DNA of 64,000 nt from Bugula neritina (lineage: Eukaryota; Animalia; Bryozoa). The notes under the pieces were generated by a model. That model saw only the letters and a list, made by a program, of their open reading frames with translations, did not search any database and was not told the DNA's origin. The position numbers and the translations under genes were made by a program. The stretch is from positions 9,293,150-9,357,149 of the forward strand of contig OZ037772.1 in the NCBI GenBank assembly GCA_964035545.1, given 5' to 3'. Positions 1 to 13,539 of the stretch are shown here, piece by piece (the first letter of the stretch is position 1; each line of letters opens with the position of its first letter).

Positions 1-132
1 AGCCTAAAATTGTGCCGGCCAAATTTTGATTTATTTTTAGCCTTTGTTCTAAGAAATTGACAGGAAGCTGAAAACGATTCATATCATGTCCTTACTCAAT
101 CCTCTGTTTATAGTAATACTGCCATGTTGTAG

Positions 133-3100
133 GGGCCTGTATCTGTCAGCATGACACGATGGGGCACAACTGTGAGAAGTGTAAAGAAGGCTGGTACGGA
201 AACGCTGAGGACGGCACTCCTAATGACTGTACGCCCTGCCCTTGTCCAGGTCAAGGACCTTGTTATGAACAGGTATTTTATACCCTGTGTTAACCTTTTT
301 CATTAGTGGTTCTTTCAGGGATGGCGACTATAAACTTGCGCAAGAGTTTTTACCCTCCCAATTAAAATCTATAATTGTTAACATATTTTAGGCCATTTGC
401 AATGCTGAAACATAGAGAGCATTGCGTTATTCATAAATCATTTTACTCAATATGCTCAGTTTATGACAGTTGGTAGAATTAAATAATAAATAAAGTTTCA
501 ATTTGAATTTATTACTCGCAAGTTTTCTCCCTCTAAAGTTATTTCTGTAATTATTATCAATACGTTTACGGCCATTTGCAATGTTGAAACTTAGAGAAGT
601 TGTGTAGCTTGAACATTAATCAACTACAAGCTTTACACACTACGGGTATGAAATCATTTTATAGTACTCTATAAAACAGTCTTGGTAGTAGTGCTTCTGA
701 CAACTCGTGTAAGTTTATAGTCCCCATCCCTTTGAGATACCCTTAAATGAAAGAGTTTCTTTTGTTCAAGCTGAAAACTTATTCAGACAGGGCACAGTAG
801 CAATCATGACTAGATGCTCTTCCTAACATCACCAATGGCCTTTGTCAGGGTTCGAACCCATGACCTTCGTGTTTACTAGTCAAACGCTCTAACCTCTAGA
901 CCACAGCTGCTTCTGCCACACAACCTAAACTATTGTTTTTATTTAAAACATTGAACGTGGGTGGATTATAATATTTCTGTTTCCTGTTTCAGTTGGACGG
1001 CAGCGTTTCCTGTCTGAACTGTCCGACGGGGTACAGCGGTGACCTCTGTGATATGTGTGAAGACGGGTTCTACGACCTTGATGACCTTTCTACTTCTGAT
1101 GTCAACTGCGCGCAGTGTGACTGTAGTGGCAATATTGACTCCAATGCTGTAGGCAACTGCAATGCGTGAGTTCATAGAAGCAGTATTATGTGGGTACACT
1201 GTGCTGTGTGAGTTAATAGAAGCAGTATTATGTGGGTACACTGTGCTGTGTGAGTTCATAGAAGCAGTATTATGTGGGTACACTGTGCTGTGTGAGCTCA
1301 TAGTAACAGTATTATGTGGGTACACTGTGCTGTGTGAGCTCATAGTAACAGTATTATGTGGGTACACTGTGTTGTGTGAGTATATAGTAGCAACTTAGAG
1401 TGGGTAACTTTATTCTTTTATTTATCTTTTATTTATTCATTTATTTATATGCTTATTTATTATTTATTTATATTTATATGTTTATTTGTTATTTATTTAT
1501 ATTTATATGTTTATTTATTATTTATTTATATTTATATGTTTATTTATTATTTATTTATATTTATATGTTTATTTATTATTTATTTATATTTATATGTTTA
1601 TTTATTATTTATTTATATTTATATGTTTATTTATTATCTATTTATATTTATATGTTTATTTATTATTTATTTATATTTATATGTTTATTTATTATTTATT
1701 TATATTTATATGTTTATCTATTTCGAGGTGTAACTTTGATGAGTTAAAAATGTGGAAAGCATTTTGTGATGTTATTCTAAAGTGAAAAGTACCCACTGAT
1801 CTCTATTTTCAGAACTAGCGGTGTGTGCCTGAAATGCATTGATAACACTGGTGGAGATCACTGCGAGGTTTGTTTGTCTGGTTTCTATGGTAACGCCACT
1901 GCAGAAGAAAAAGGAGACTGCAAACGTGAGTGTCGCGTATTTTAAATGTCTAGAATTATTTTATTTAAAATTATTTTAAGTGAGTTTACACTTAGTTAAA
2001 GCAAGTAAAGTCATCTGTCCAGTTTCTATTAAATATTTTTTTATAAAGTTGCGTTTGGTAAAACCTTAATATATTCTTGGAAAAAATTTGAATTGAAAAA
2101 ATTCAATAACATGTTTTGAGGTAAATTTAGCAGTGGTCTAGGGGTTAGAGCGTTTGCCTAGTAAACACAAAGTCATGAGTTTGAACCCCAGTAAAGGCCA
2201 TTGGAGATGTTAGGAAGAGAATCCAGTTATAATCACTCCCGTGCCCCAACTGAATAAGTCCTTAGCTCGATTTAAAAAAGAACTTTTCCATCAGGGGTTT
2301 CTCACAAAGATGTGGACTATAAACTAAAATGAGCTTTTTTATCTTATTGACTATTTATTTGGAGTTATCTGCTATTCTGACTGCATTACCTTTAGCCTGT
2401 GAGTGCAACAGTTTTGGAACTGAATCAGACAAGTTAGACGTCTGCGAACTGGAAACTGGACAGTGTAGTTGTCTGCCCTACGTCACGGGAAGACAATGTG
2501 ACCAATGTGAAGATGGTTACTTTAATTTGGAGTCGTCCACCGGGTGTGAGGCTTGTCTTTGCAATCTGATTGGCTCTTTGAACACAACTTGTGATCTTCA
2601 AACTGGTCAGGTATTCACGGACATGTTTATGTTCTGTATAAATTCGTTAGTGTGATTTTCTCACTGGTTTGGTGTGCATTTATCACCTTTTTGGTTTCAA
2701 TATGTCACTCACTCACTGTTTTGAATTTAATAAGGAGTTGGTTAGAACTTAGCATGTAGTTTGTTAAAATTTAGCACTGATTAGGTGTAAATTGTCAGGG
2801 TCTTTTTGAATTTAACACTTTTTAAAATACTCTGTTATTTTTACTAAAAATTCAACTCAAATATTTTTTCCTGTATTCACTAAATATCGGTTTGCAACTA
2901 TATGAATTACATATTGGAGAATTGTTTGGTTATATTGTGTAAACACTTGATACATACTAATACTCAAATGCTATTTCTGCTTGTTTGAGTTTAGGTATTT
3001 AGTACTAAACTCTTTCTTGTGCACTTTACTCCCCTTGATTTTACAGCTAACCTTACAAAATGTAGATATGCCTCAATGCTTACATTCTACTATTAGAACT

Positions 3101-6100
3101 TGATATTTGGAGTTGCGTTTCCAATTTTAAGCCTGTGTTCCTTGCTTTAGTGTGACTGTAAGACGGGGATATCAGGTCTTAGATGTGACGTCTGTGTGCA
3201 GGACCACTTTGGCTTCTCTAATGTTGGCTGTCAGTCATGTGACTGTCTGGATATTGGCTCCACCCATGGCCAGTGTGATGAAAGGTGCTGCGCCTAAACC
3301 ATGCCAAAATAGTACTTATAGCAAATTATGTGTGTTGTAGTTTTCAACTTTTTGTAACTAAATACTCATGTGTTGAAAGCTGTAAGAACCGTATAATTTA
3401 TCATGTTTTAATCTTCTCTTTTTATGAAGAAAATTTTGGATTCAGCTAATTGAAAGAGGAAAATATCATTGTTTTTGGTCATTTAAGACAAATATTGAAA
3501 TTACGTCTCATCTAACAAGAAATGAAATCAATGCTTTTTCAAACAAATCTAGTTTTTTATTTACCAAAATTTAGTATTACAATCAATTTAATATTAAAAA
3601 ATGGAGTTATAATATAAAGCCTGTACTGTAAGCAAAATGTTATATTTCAGTGGACAGTGTGTGTGTAAAGATGACACTCGAATTACCGGATTACATTGTG
3701 ATGAGTGCCGAGAAAATAAATACAACTTGACAGCAGGATGTCCTGGTAGGTTGTTGAACATTTCTCGCTTTTCAATTGATAAAACAATTTATTATTTTGA
3801 GAGTCTAATTCATCAGTCCACACTCAGCCATTTTTTGCTGTATTATGAATTTTATGCTGGATCAAACTCTGAAGCTGTGGTTTATAAATATAATTTCTTG
3901 AAATCAATGATAATAATTATTATACTGATTGTGCGCTTGCATGACTTTATTTCTCAAAAGGTTTTTCGCATTACTCAATCACTAACTCAAACACTGAAAC
4001 ACTCACTCACTCACTCACTCACTCACTCACTCACTCACTCACTCACTCACTCACTCACTCACTCACTATCTCACTATCTCACTCACTTTGTCTCATTGGT
4101 TCACTCTGTCTTATTCACATATATGCTTGGCAATAACTATAACTATTAATCCTCACTGCAGATTGTCCTGCTTGTTACAACTTGGTCCAGGACGCTGTAA
4201 ATGATATTCGTCAGAGTCTAACAAACTTATCAGACACACTAAAGAGCATCAACGACAATCCAGATGCGGTAGATGATGCGGAATTCACTGCTCAGCTAAA
4301 GGAAATTGAGGATAGGGTCAACGCCCTGTACAACCGGTCTCTTGACCTCCAGAGTAAGTTTACATTATGATTCATCAAACATGAGTCACTAGTTTTAAAA
4401 GGATATACAAAATTATATGACACTCACCACTTTACAGAAGATATCAAATAAATTTTGTTTATAGAAAATGGTAAATCAGACTTTCTATGCATATCCTATT
4501 TTTTTTCAAGTCTAACGCCAATAGCTCATGATATATTAGTATTTTAGTGCTTTTAGAGCTCCTAATTCACTTCTTTTTAAAGAAGTTGACATGTAGAGTT
4601 GGCAAATCTAAAAACATTGGAAATACTTTTAGCAGCTGTTATTGTTTTACTATTAAATACTATCTTGGAAAATTTTGCACCAAAATGTGCCATAAAACAT
4701 GAGTATTTTTTTATTCTTACACTTTCAAACTAAAAGTTAGCAGACGTTACATTTTGTTTTGCGGTGAATCAAGAGTCGATAGTTAACCAAGTATTTGCTC
4801 ATTTAGACTCTGGTGGCCCTGTGTCAGATGATTTGAAGGCGATTGACTCTCAAATTTTCGATTTGAAGAACAAAGCTCTGGAGATTCAAGTGATAGTCGC
4901 CTCTACCCAGGAGGAGTATGATAGAATTGACCTTGACACTTTGGACGGTCACATTTCTAACGCTAGCGGTGTGTTTGTTTGCTTTGAATTATTTATGCTG
5001 CATATTGCACTAGTTGTTTTACGTGTAACTGTCATTTCTTTTGGCCGAATCACTTCCTGGGTTAACTGCTTTGTATTGCTTTAATAAGTTGTCCGTTTAG
5101 GCATCGGGTTGAGGTTTTAGTAAAATGTAGAAAAAATTGAACTTTTGTAGCAAGGCTAGTATGTATATTAAACCATTGATCTCTTCTCTATATTAAGCCC
5201 TGGTTATAAAGTTTATTTAATTCCATACTAGGTAAAATGAGTCACCAGTGAAATTCTTATGGAACTTTGCAAATGATTTAAGTTGACCCGTTGCAATAGA
5301 GTTTCATTAACCTTCGTTTTGTAGCCGAGGTGGCCGATTCCCGCAACAAATTTGCCGCGGAAAGCTCCCAGCTGTACAACGACATTCTGGCCGCTCTTGG
5401 GAAGAATGGACCCAAGTCTGAGTCCCAGAATATGACCGCACTGGCTCAGCAGAGCATAGAGATTGTGGCAAACCAGGTTAGTTGGGGGCCTCACTGGACC
5501 CTCCCTCTAGTAGTGAGCTTAGTTGGGGTTCTTCCTTACTCTCTACTATATAATTGCTTCAAAACAATAAAAGGTCAGCTTCATTTCTTAGTCAAGGTTC
5601 TCACGGGGTGGGCACCTTCCACTAGTGTAGGGGGCTTAGTAGGTAATCTCACCAACTATTATAGGGAACTTGGCCTTTAGCTAGTCATTTTTCTGTCCTT
5701 TTTGAGCAATTATCAATTTTAACTATTTGTTTTTGATTTGCTCATATTTAGATAAAATTCTTTGAGTTTTAGAATTGTTGTAGTTATCTAACACATGTTG
5801 TTCAAAGTTTTCTTTTTATTCCGTTTCAGAAAGTTGATGCTGAAAAGATTGTTGAAGTGGCGGACAATTCCAATGAGATCTCCTCGCGAGCCTACCAACT
5901 AGCTGTGGAGGCCACTAAATCTCCTGAAGATCTCGAGATGAAGTTGTCTCTCCTGCAAGACAGGTAAAGTGGTACTTCTCATACTTAGAATTCCTTGTGC
6001 CCAGTAGTTTTGGCGAAACTGAGCTAGAAAACGATTGTGAGTTCCTATTGGATAGTTTCTTCAAGTAATTTCCTCTGCTATAGGTTTTACTACTGGCATT

Positions 6101-9100
6101 AAAACAGGGTGTTTAGATCTTGTACTCTTAAAGCTTAGGTTTACCAATACAAAGTTGATTGAATTAGGTTTACATCAGAATATGTGTTGGAATACAGTCT
6201 TTAACAAACTCACTATAATATGAAGTAAGTTTCATTTTGTTTTGGATTTGTTCTCTCGTTATCACGAAATATGGATGATAGCTGTTTTAAGACATGACAA
6301 AGCACTCAAATCCACTGTTTATTAATCATACCCTCATGCAATGATGCCTTTTTAAACACTATAATATATCCTTTTACGCTATAGAGTATATACTATGAAG
6401 CTTGTATGGACAGATAACGCCTCAGTAGATATGATGAACAAATCTCTTACTCTTTAAGGGTTCAAAACCTTTACTAGCTGTAACATGTCTCACCTTATAT
6501 GTTCTAAACTCTGGAAAATTCTGGAATATCTTGCAGGTTTAATGGGGCAAGGAACATTCTAGAAAGTGTTGCTGAGGCGGCTCAGAAAGCTCTAGAGAAA
6601 GCTACGATGATTCATACCAACGCTATCGAGAGTCTGAATGACGCTGAGCGTACAATAGTCCCGGATATTGACACGTCTCTGCAACTCGCTGAGGCACGGG
6701 ACATTCTGGAACAGGTGAGGTTAACATTTTGTATTTTATGCATGAACAGAGTCTTACATGTAAGCAATTACTGGGCAAATTTTTTCTTTTTTCTGTCACA
6801 ACTTTGGACTTTGAATGTGGTACTTTTTATCAAAAATCTGACATTTAAAAGTAAGTCAAAATTCATTGATGTCTTTTGTTGGGGCTTTTATTACGTCAAT
6901 ACCAGATATTATGTGAAGAGTCAATTTTGCTAAAGCAGTTATTGGGTGCAAGTTTTCTAAGCTGCTAATAATGCAGATAGGAAACTGACTGCATTGAACT
7001 TCATCACTAATCTTCTAATCTTTCAAATTGCATTAATACACTGAAAAATGTTAAAGTGATATGATCCTTCATTAAATGGTAGGATTTCTTTTATTAAATA
7101 CAAAAAAATAGTACTTGAATTTTAAGTATATATGTATAGGGAAGGTTTATGAAAGAACATGTTTTATAATCAAAAGTCTTTACATATAGTCTTGTGTATT
7201 TTTAGGCTGAACTTCAAAAGAATCAAACCACTGCTTTGATGGAGAAATTTGGATCTCTGATAAATGAGACACAAAATCAGATTGAGACTGCAGAAGAACT
7301 TTTCAACAGAACTTATGTTGCTCAGCAGGTGAGTCTAGTAACATTTGTTTACTGTTCCTTACCCATGTGGTAAGATATATGGTATGTCCTTATATGGTAA
7401 GATGTATGGTATGACCTTATATGGTAACATGTGCTATGACCTTATATACTATGACCTTATATGGTAACATGTGCTATGACCTTATTTAATATGACCTTAT
7501 ATGGTAACATGTGCTATGACCTTATATAGTATGACCTTATATGGTAACATGTGGTATGACCTTATATGGTAACATGTGGTATGGCCCTATATGGTAAGAT
7601 ATGGTATGACATTTTATGGTAACATGTGGTATGACTGTGTGCTCTATAGTTTTTATGGTCAAGTATGATAATATATTATTAATTTTACGCAATCGCATAA
7701 CATAATAAATACAAACATGATGTAAATATGGTAGAACATAAACAAGCGCGATGAAATTTTTTATACGGTAATCTGTGGTCACATGTTGGTGATATTATTC
7801 CAGGGAAGCTTTTAATCTAAGTAATAGACTTGTTTCATTTTTCTTGTGCATTAAGTGTTGTCTTTCCAAATAATAAGATGAAATTTTATACTAGTATTTC
7901 AACTATCTCCGCCAGATAAGGAAACTTCTTTTATTACATCATAGATAATTTAGTTCAGGAAATGGCGGAGAAAGGTGAGAAAAGTTAATGTGGTTCTTAG
8001 CCATCCCAGCCGTTATAAATAGTCTTGATGTTAAAGCATTTTTGTCTGTAAAATACTGCCAAAAAGTTTTGTGGCCAGGCTTGCAGTATTGTGTCGGAAA
8101 AACTAATTTATCTGGAATGCTGTAGAACACCGACGATTTGATGGCTGAAGTGGATGTGGCGCTACAACGAGCTCTACAGGCTATTCAAGACCCCGAAGAC
8201 CTACTTGCCGAAGCTCTCGAACAGTTGAAAACCTTACAAGGTGAATCATACTTGCATCCTGCTCATCATAATACTCTAACTGCACAATTTATCTTTATAG
8301 GTTAAAATTGAGCAAGAGTAATTGTGAATCAGGTTGCCACGGCTTCGTATTGTGTGTAAACATTTGCAAAGCTTTAATGAAAAATGCACATCAGTAGCAC
8401 AGAGCAGCTGATTCCCTTACTGTGTAAACCTACTCCGTTGACGAGTTATGAAAGTTTTGCCCAAAACATTCGATTCAATTGTAGAGTTTGATCAGGTGGT
8501 GAAGGAGAGCAAAGAGAAGGCAGTTGAGGCCCTAAAGATGATTCCTACCATAGAGGAGCTGTTGGATAGGGCGGATAACGAGACGTCCCGTGCCCGTGAA
8601 ACTGTTGAGGGGGCTAAGCAAGCTGCAAATGAGGCTAAACAGACAGCTCTAGACGCCAAGTTGACGGCAAACGAAGCCAGTGAGGTCGGTGTTGCGTGTA
8701 CAATGGGAGAGGGGGGGGGGGGGGGGTGGGGGTAACTTCCCTGCTTGTTTGTACTGTTACTGTATTTATGTTCCTGCTTGTGTATTTTTCAAGCATGTTT
8801 TTCCCCCCTCTCTTAGTTTTCCTTCTTTTTCTTTCACTCACTCACTCTCGTTCATACACTCACTCACTCACTCACTCACTCACTCACTCACTCACTCACT
8901 CACTCACTCGGTCACTCACTCGCTCGCTCACTCACTCACTCACTCACTCACTCACTCACTCACTCACTCACTCTCTCTCTACTCTTTTATAGAATTTTCG
9001 CCCTTCTATCTCTTACTACAGCTGTGTTCATATAGTTACAAAATTCTAGTACTTTATGCTGTCACGGCTAATTTCATGCTACTCTATATATAATATTGGA

Positions 9101-11872
9101 GCTATCTTTCAGAAAGGCTGAGCTGGGTATCCACTATTCTGATTTATTTTGTTTTAGAATGCGGCCAAGATTTTAGCCGAGGCCAAAGATGCTAAACTGG
9201 ACGTGGACGCTGAGGCTAACAAAACAGACACCCATGAGATACAACTGAATGCATTGTCGGAGCAAATCAACCAGACCAGACCCTTAGAGGAGGTGTGTGG
9301 TCACTTTACCTGTTTACTCTCTGCTCTTACCTGTTTACTATTACCTTTACTTACCTGCTCTTACTTCTATTTGCTTTGTGTACAACTGTACTATTTATAT
9401 GTATGCAGTAATGAAAGAATCTACATATATCTGTACTTTTCGTGGACGATTTTACAATTTTAGCTTCATCTGTAGCATTTGTTATGTGAATTATAAATGT
9501 TTTTCGTTTGGGCTTACCATATATTGTGAAATACAGAAATGGGTTACTACTATTGGTTTACAAAGTCAACCCAGTAGCTTTTAATAGTCTTGGATAAGAA
9601 AACTCTCAGATATATCTTCTATTTCATCTGTTCAAATGCTTATAGATGTACTTCAAGGAATGTTTATAGATGTACTTTATTGTCTGGATGTTTGTAGGCT
9701 GACAAGTTGTTGATTGATGTGGTGCTGACGGAAGCCGAGAGGGCGCGTCAGCGGGCTAGAGATGCTGCCGTTCAACTGATGAATGCCAAGAATCAAGTTG
9801 ACTCCATCATCAACAGTTTAGGTAGCTGAGGCTAGCTGATCGTTATTTAGTTTTCAATAGCTCTTCTCTCATTATAGAATATTGGTAACAGAAGTTGTGC
9901 CCTCTCATCATTGAGATTATTATGTACTTTGAGTAAATCGTAGAGCAGATAAATCTGATAGAACTATTAATCATGCTGCGGGGTTTCATAGCTTCTCTAC
10001 TTTTACTAATTATGTTTTGAAAACCCTGTTTTTATTGGCTAAAACTGCATCAGCTTTTTCAGAGAATCTGTATATGAGAGAATAGTCTAAATTTATATGC
10101 ATTTGGAATTCTGAAAGTAGAATTAACTGCGGTTGAAAAGAATTTTTTGTTAAAGTCAATTTCCAATACAAATTTAAGATTATTTTGGCTTGTTATTTGT
10201 AAACTGCAGCTTTTTATTAGTAAAGGTAGATAGAAGTTTGCATAAAGTAAATACATAATATGAAATCCTGTATGTTTTTCAGCTACTTTGCCCGAGTTGA
10301 ACACAACTGAACTGGACAGACTAGAGGAGGAAATGGACAAGATAGAAGCTGAAATAAACTTGGAGAATATTAATATGCAGGTACAATAAAAAACTCACAC
10401 AAGTTTATAGTCACCTTCCCTGCAAGAAACCCCTGATAGAAAGGGTTTTTGTTAAAGCTGGCTAAGGACTTATTTAAATGAGGCACAGGAGCAATTATGA
10501 CTGAATGCTCTTCCTAACATCACTAATGGCCTTTGTCTGGCTCGAACCCATGACCTCGTAGTTTACTATGCAAATGCTCTAACCCCTAGACCACAATAAT
10601 ATATTTTTAATTTATATTGCTGAATATACAAGCGTCTACGCATTTAGTGGTGCTTTTTAATTTATCTGTCCTTGATATATGTACGCTTGCCTTTAATACT
10701 TTGACTGCATATTTCAAAGATTAAAGCCTTAAAATATTTCACGAGGTGAATAAAAAGTCTTCTATATTTAAATGTCTTCTAACTTAAACTTTTTTGCAAT
10801 GAGATCAGATTTAAAAGTCTTGGATGCAGCTCAATTTTTATGTAATTTATATTGGCATAGTCTTGTTTATGTTGCCTGCAGGTAAAAGAGTTAACACAGT
10901 TTAATGATATGCACCTGCACCTTGTCAATCAGCACTGGGATTCGCTGGATCAGCTAAAGGCAGATGAACGCAACCTTCAGGTAGGCTTTAACTTAGCTAG
11001 GCCTTAGACCATGTTAACTCCTCTCTCTTTTCACTTTGTATCCCTCTTTTCATTTGCTTTAATATAAATGCTATTTTTAAATCAATATGATTGGCAATTT
11101 AGGCCATTTTGTGTTTACAATATGCAGATTGGTGTCCCTGAAAGTTTACAAAAAAAAAACACTTGAAATAAGTAAAAATAGTTTTAAAGCTACTTTTTTC
11201 AAAGGTCAAAAGTATCTTGTTTTCGTATTTTTCGAGAATATATAAATTAGTAGTGCAAACAAAAACCTTGATTTGGTAAAAGCGGAGAAGATTTCTTCAT
11301 TATTCTCCAACTGTACTGATGAATCATTTCACTGTTGGGGGTTTGTTATGCTAGAACTTGTTTAATTTCCAAGGTGACCTGGCATTATTCAGTAATACAT
11401 ATTTTGCAAAGTTAATTTAATATTCCCTTAGGAATACTAGCGCCATTTTTAATATAATACTGACCTATGATTTTTCTTTTATTTATAAATAATGTTTTAT
11501 GAATTAAGTTTTTGCAGCAAAATTGTTTGGTTGTGCTGGTAAATCTTTAAAAAAAACTCATTTTCAATGTCGCTATCACAAAAGCGTGTCAATAAAATAT
11601 GCTGACGTAAATTATCTATTAAAATAATGAGCCTGCAGCAGACAGATGGCTATTTTTCAAATAGTGGTTAAAAATGGCCAACTACTATGTTTCAACACAA
11701 AAGATTTCGCAATCACCATTTTAGAGAGATTTTAATAATTTTTCTGTAGATGATCGTAGACGCTGTTCCCAAGCCTCCCCTTTGCTACAAAGTGCCAGTA
11801 CTGGAGAAAGCAGCAGACGGAGGTAAGAGGAGGCGGAGATTAAGGAAGTTGAGGAAGCGACATCGACATTAA
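133..11872 (+). CDS. Laminin gamma chain (LAMC1/LanB2-like), 3' portion; gene starts upstream of the window
   Basis: GT-AG exons with consistent phases: 133-272, 993-1165, 1813-1925, 2396-2610, 3151-3284, 3651-3745, 4162-4353, 4807-4968, 5325-5476, 5830-5963, 6537-6714, 7206-7328, 8126-8240, 8485-8684, 9158-9292, 9698-9821, 10283-10380, 10882-10980, 11750-11872. Translation gives LE repeats, the gamma-type nidogen loop (GNIDSNAVGNC), the CPACY junction, a heptad coiled coil and a gamma-type end (RNLQMIVDAVPKPPLCYKVPVLEK). Confidence 0.95.
704..910 (-). mobile_element. tRNA-derived SINE (tRNA-Thr(AGT)-like head)
   Basis: Minus strand reads GCAGCTGTGGTCTAGAGGTTAGAGCGTTTGACTAGTAAACACGAAGGTCATGGGTTCGAACCC (A and B boxes), then GATGTTAGGAAGAGCATC and a GACTATAAACT tail; multiple copies in the window. 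Confidence 0.8.
1166..1395. repeat. 42-bp minisatellite, ~5.4 copies
   Basis: Unit GTGAGTTCATAGAAGCAGTATTATGTGGGTACACTGTGCTGT, starting exactly at the intron donor. Confidence 0.95.
1420..1722. repeat. 29-bp AT-rich tandem repeat, ~10 copies
   Basis: Unit TATTTATTTATATTTATATGTTTATTTAT. Confidence 0.9.
2128..2326 (+). mobile_element. tRNA-derived SINE, same family as 704-910
   Basis: GTGGTCTAGGGGTTAGAGCGTTTGCCTAGTAAACAC...GATGTTAGGAAGAG...GGACTATAAACT. Confidence 0.8.
3999..4086. repeat. (CACT)n microsatellite
   Basis: Direct read. Confidence 0.95.
7365..7635. repeat. ~25-bp minisatellite
   Basis: GACCTTATATGGTAACATGTGGTAT-like units, interspersed with shorter units. Confidence 0.85.
8835..8975. 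repeat. (CACT)n microsatellite
   Basis: Direct read. Confidence 0.95.
10400..10594 (-). mobile_element. tRNA-derived SINE copy
   Basis: Same motifs as 704-910 (CTCTTCCTAACATCAC...TCGAACCCATGACC...CTAGACCAC on + strand). Confidence 0.8.
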
Positions 11873-11900
11873 ACTGCAGAAGACAATCTGAAATTGACTT

Positions 11901-12085
11901 ACAGACAACAACTCGGATATTAGCTGCAGACGGCAATACATACAATGACTTTCAGACAACAATTCAGATATTAGCTGCAGACGGCAATACATACAATGAC
12001 TTACAGACATCAACTCAGATATTAGCTGCAGACGGCAATACATACAATGACTTGCAGACGACAATACATACAATGACTTGCAGAC
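11901..12085. repeat. 51-bp tandem repeat in the laminin 3' UTR (~3.5 copies)
   Basis: Unit ACAGACAACAACTCGGATATTAGCTGCAGACGGCAATACATACAATGACTT. Confidence 0.85.
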
Positions 12086-13539
12086 CACACTCCGAAACTT
12101 ACTAGCAGATGACAAAACATACTTCATGCAGCAGACTACAAAATATACATAAATGTATAGATGAGATAGAAAAAAATAGTTATTTAACTGAAAATAAAAG
12201 AGAACTGAATTTGCTAAATACACAGACACTAAACTTTGAATGACAGACCATAACTTTCAGACTGACCTCAACTTAAAGGAGATATATTTAGAGTGCTGTA
12301 CAGACATTTTTCATGTAGAAACCTTAACTTTGATTGTATTAATAAGTTTTTCGTTAGTTTGAATTGCATTGGAAATTAGATATGATTCGAGCATACAAAT
12401 AATTGTAAAATTCTCATAATAATTGAATTTAGATTAATGTTTTTGTAATACTTATATCATTTTATTAATTAGTCATTTAAAATAATATTGGTGCTTAAAA
12501 ATACTCAGAATAGCTTGTAAACCTATGCATATACTAATTGTTATCTTTGAAACTAGTGTTACTTTACTAAGTTACTTCGTTTAGCTAATGATGTATTAGT
12601 GTTCTTATTTAACTTATATTTCTTATCTTTCATTTTCTACTTGTAATAAAATATATAAAATAGCTTTATAAAGAAGTAGTTCTTTGTAATAGTTTATATA
12701 TAGTGTATGCAGCTCTAATTGCTATATAATATATATTCCTTGTATAAAGTTTGATCACGTTCTATCAATAAGCTACACATGAATGAATAGATTTGAATCT
12801 GTAATTAAGTTGAGTTGCATGTTGTTGAAATAAACTAAATTTAATGTATTTTAATTAGCAATTTTAAGTTTTACTTCAAAAGAATTTAAAACAGGCATGC
12901 AACAATCTACCTTCTATTGTTGAGCTAATAACTATATGTAGCTAATAACTTAATTAATCTATGAAAAACAAAGTCTATAAAATTTGTTAAAGTTGCTAAA
13001 TATAACTGACTTTTTTAGCTAGATATTTACCTCTTGTGACCTATTACTGTCACTCAACTGACGAGTAAAGGTAAGTCTTGTTTTTGCTGAAGAATGACGT
13101 ACACTAGTTGAAACTGACAAATTCTGATTCTTGTTGCTAATTATTGACCTGATTGTATTTATTCCTATATAAATAGTTTATATAGCCCAAGCAAACCCAA
13201 ACCCTTAACAAATTATATGCTTTTGAAAAAAGCTATGTATATTTTCTGATGTAAGTAAAAAGTAAACAGCACTATATAAGAAAAATTGAATAATATTCAA
13301 CAAATAGGCATAATTTTTAACATTTTGACAAACACTATCATTAAAAAAAATTAAATAGTAAAACACCCGCATGTGTAATGATACTATTTAAAGGTAACAT
13401 CTAAAACTAACATCATGTAATATCAATGTTGTTTTTATGTAGAAAAAAATCTGAAAAATGACTGAAAAATTGACAGCATTTTTATATTACAATACAATTT
13501 GTGTTGCAGAGAGACTGTTGATGTTACTTGGAGTAAACA

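Noticed and set aside
966-1785. ORFs of 78-133 aa with periodic sequence; superficially CRISPR-like array
   Set aside because: They are translations of the 42-bp and 29-bp intronic tandem repeats; there are no unique spacers and no cas genes, and the context is eukaryotic.
11840-12229. 129-aa minus-strand Cys-rich ORF
   Set aside because: Antisense reading of the 51-bp 3' UTR repeat.
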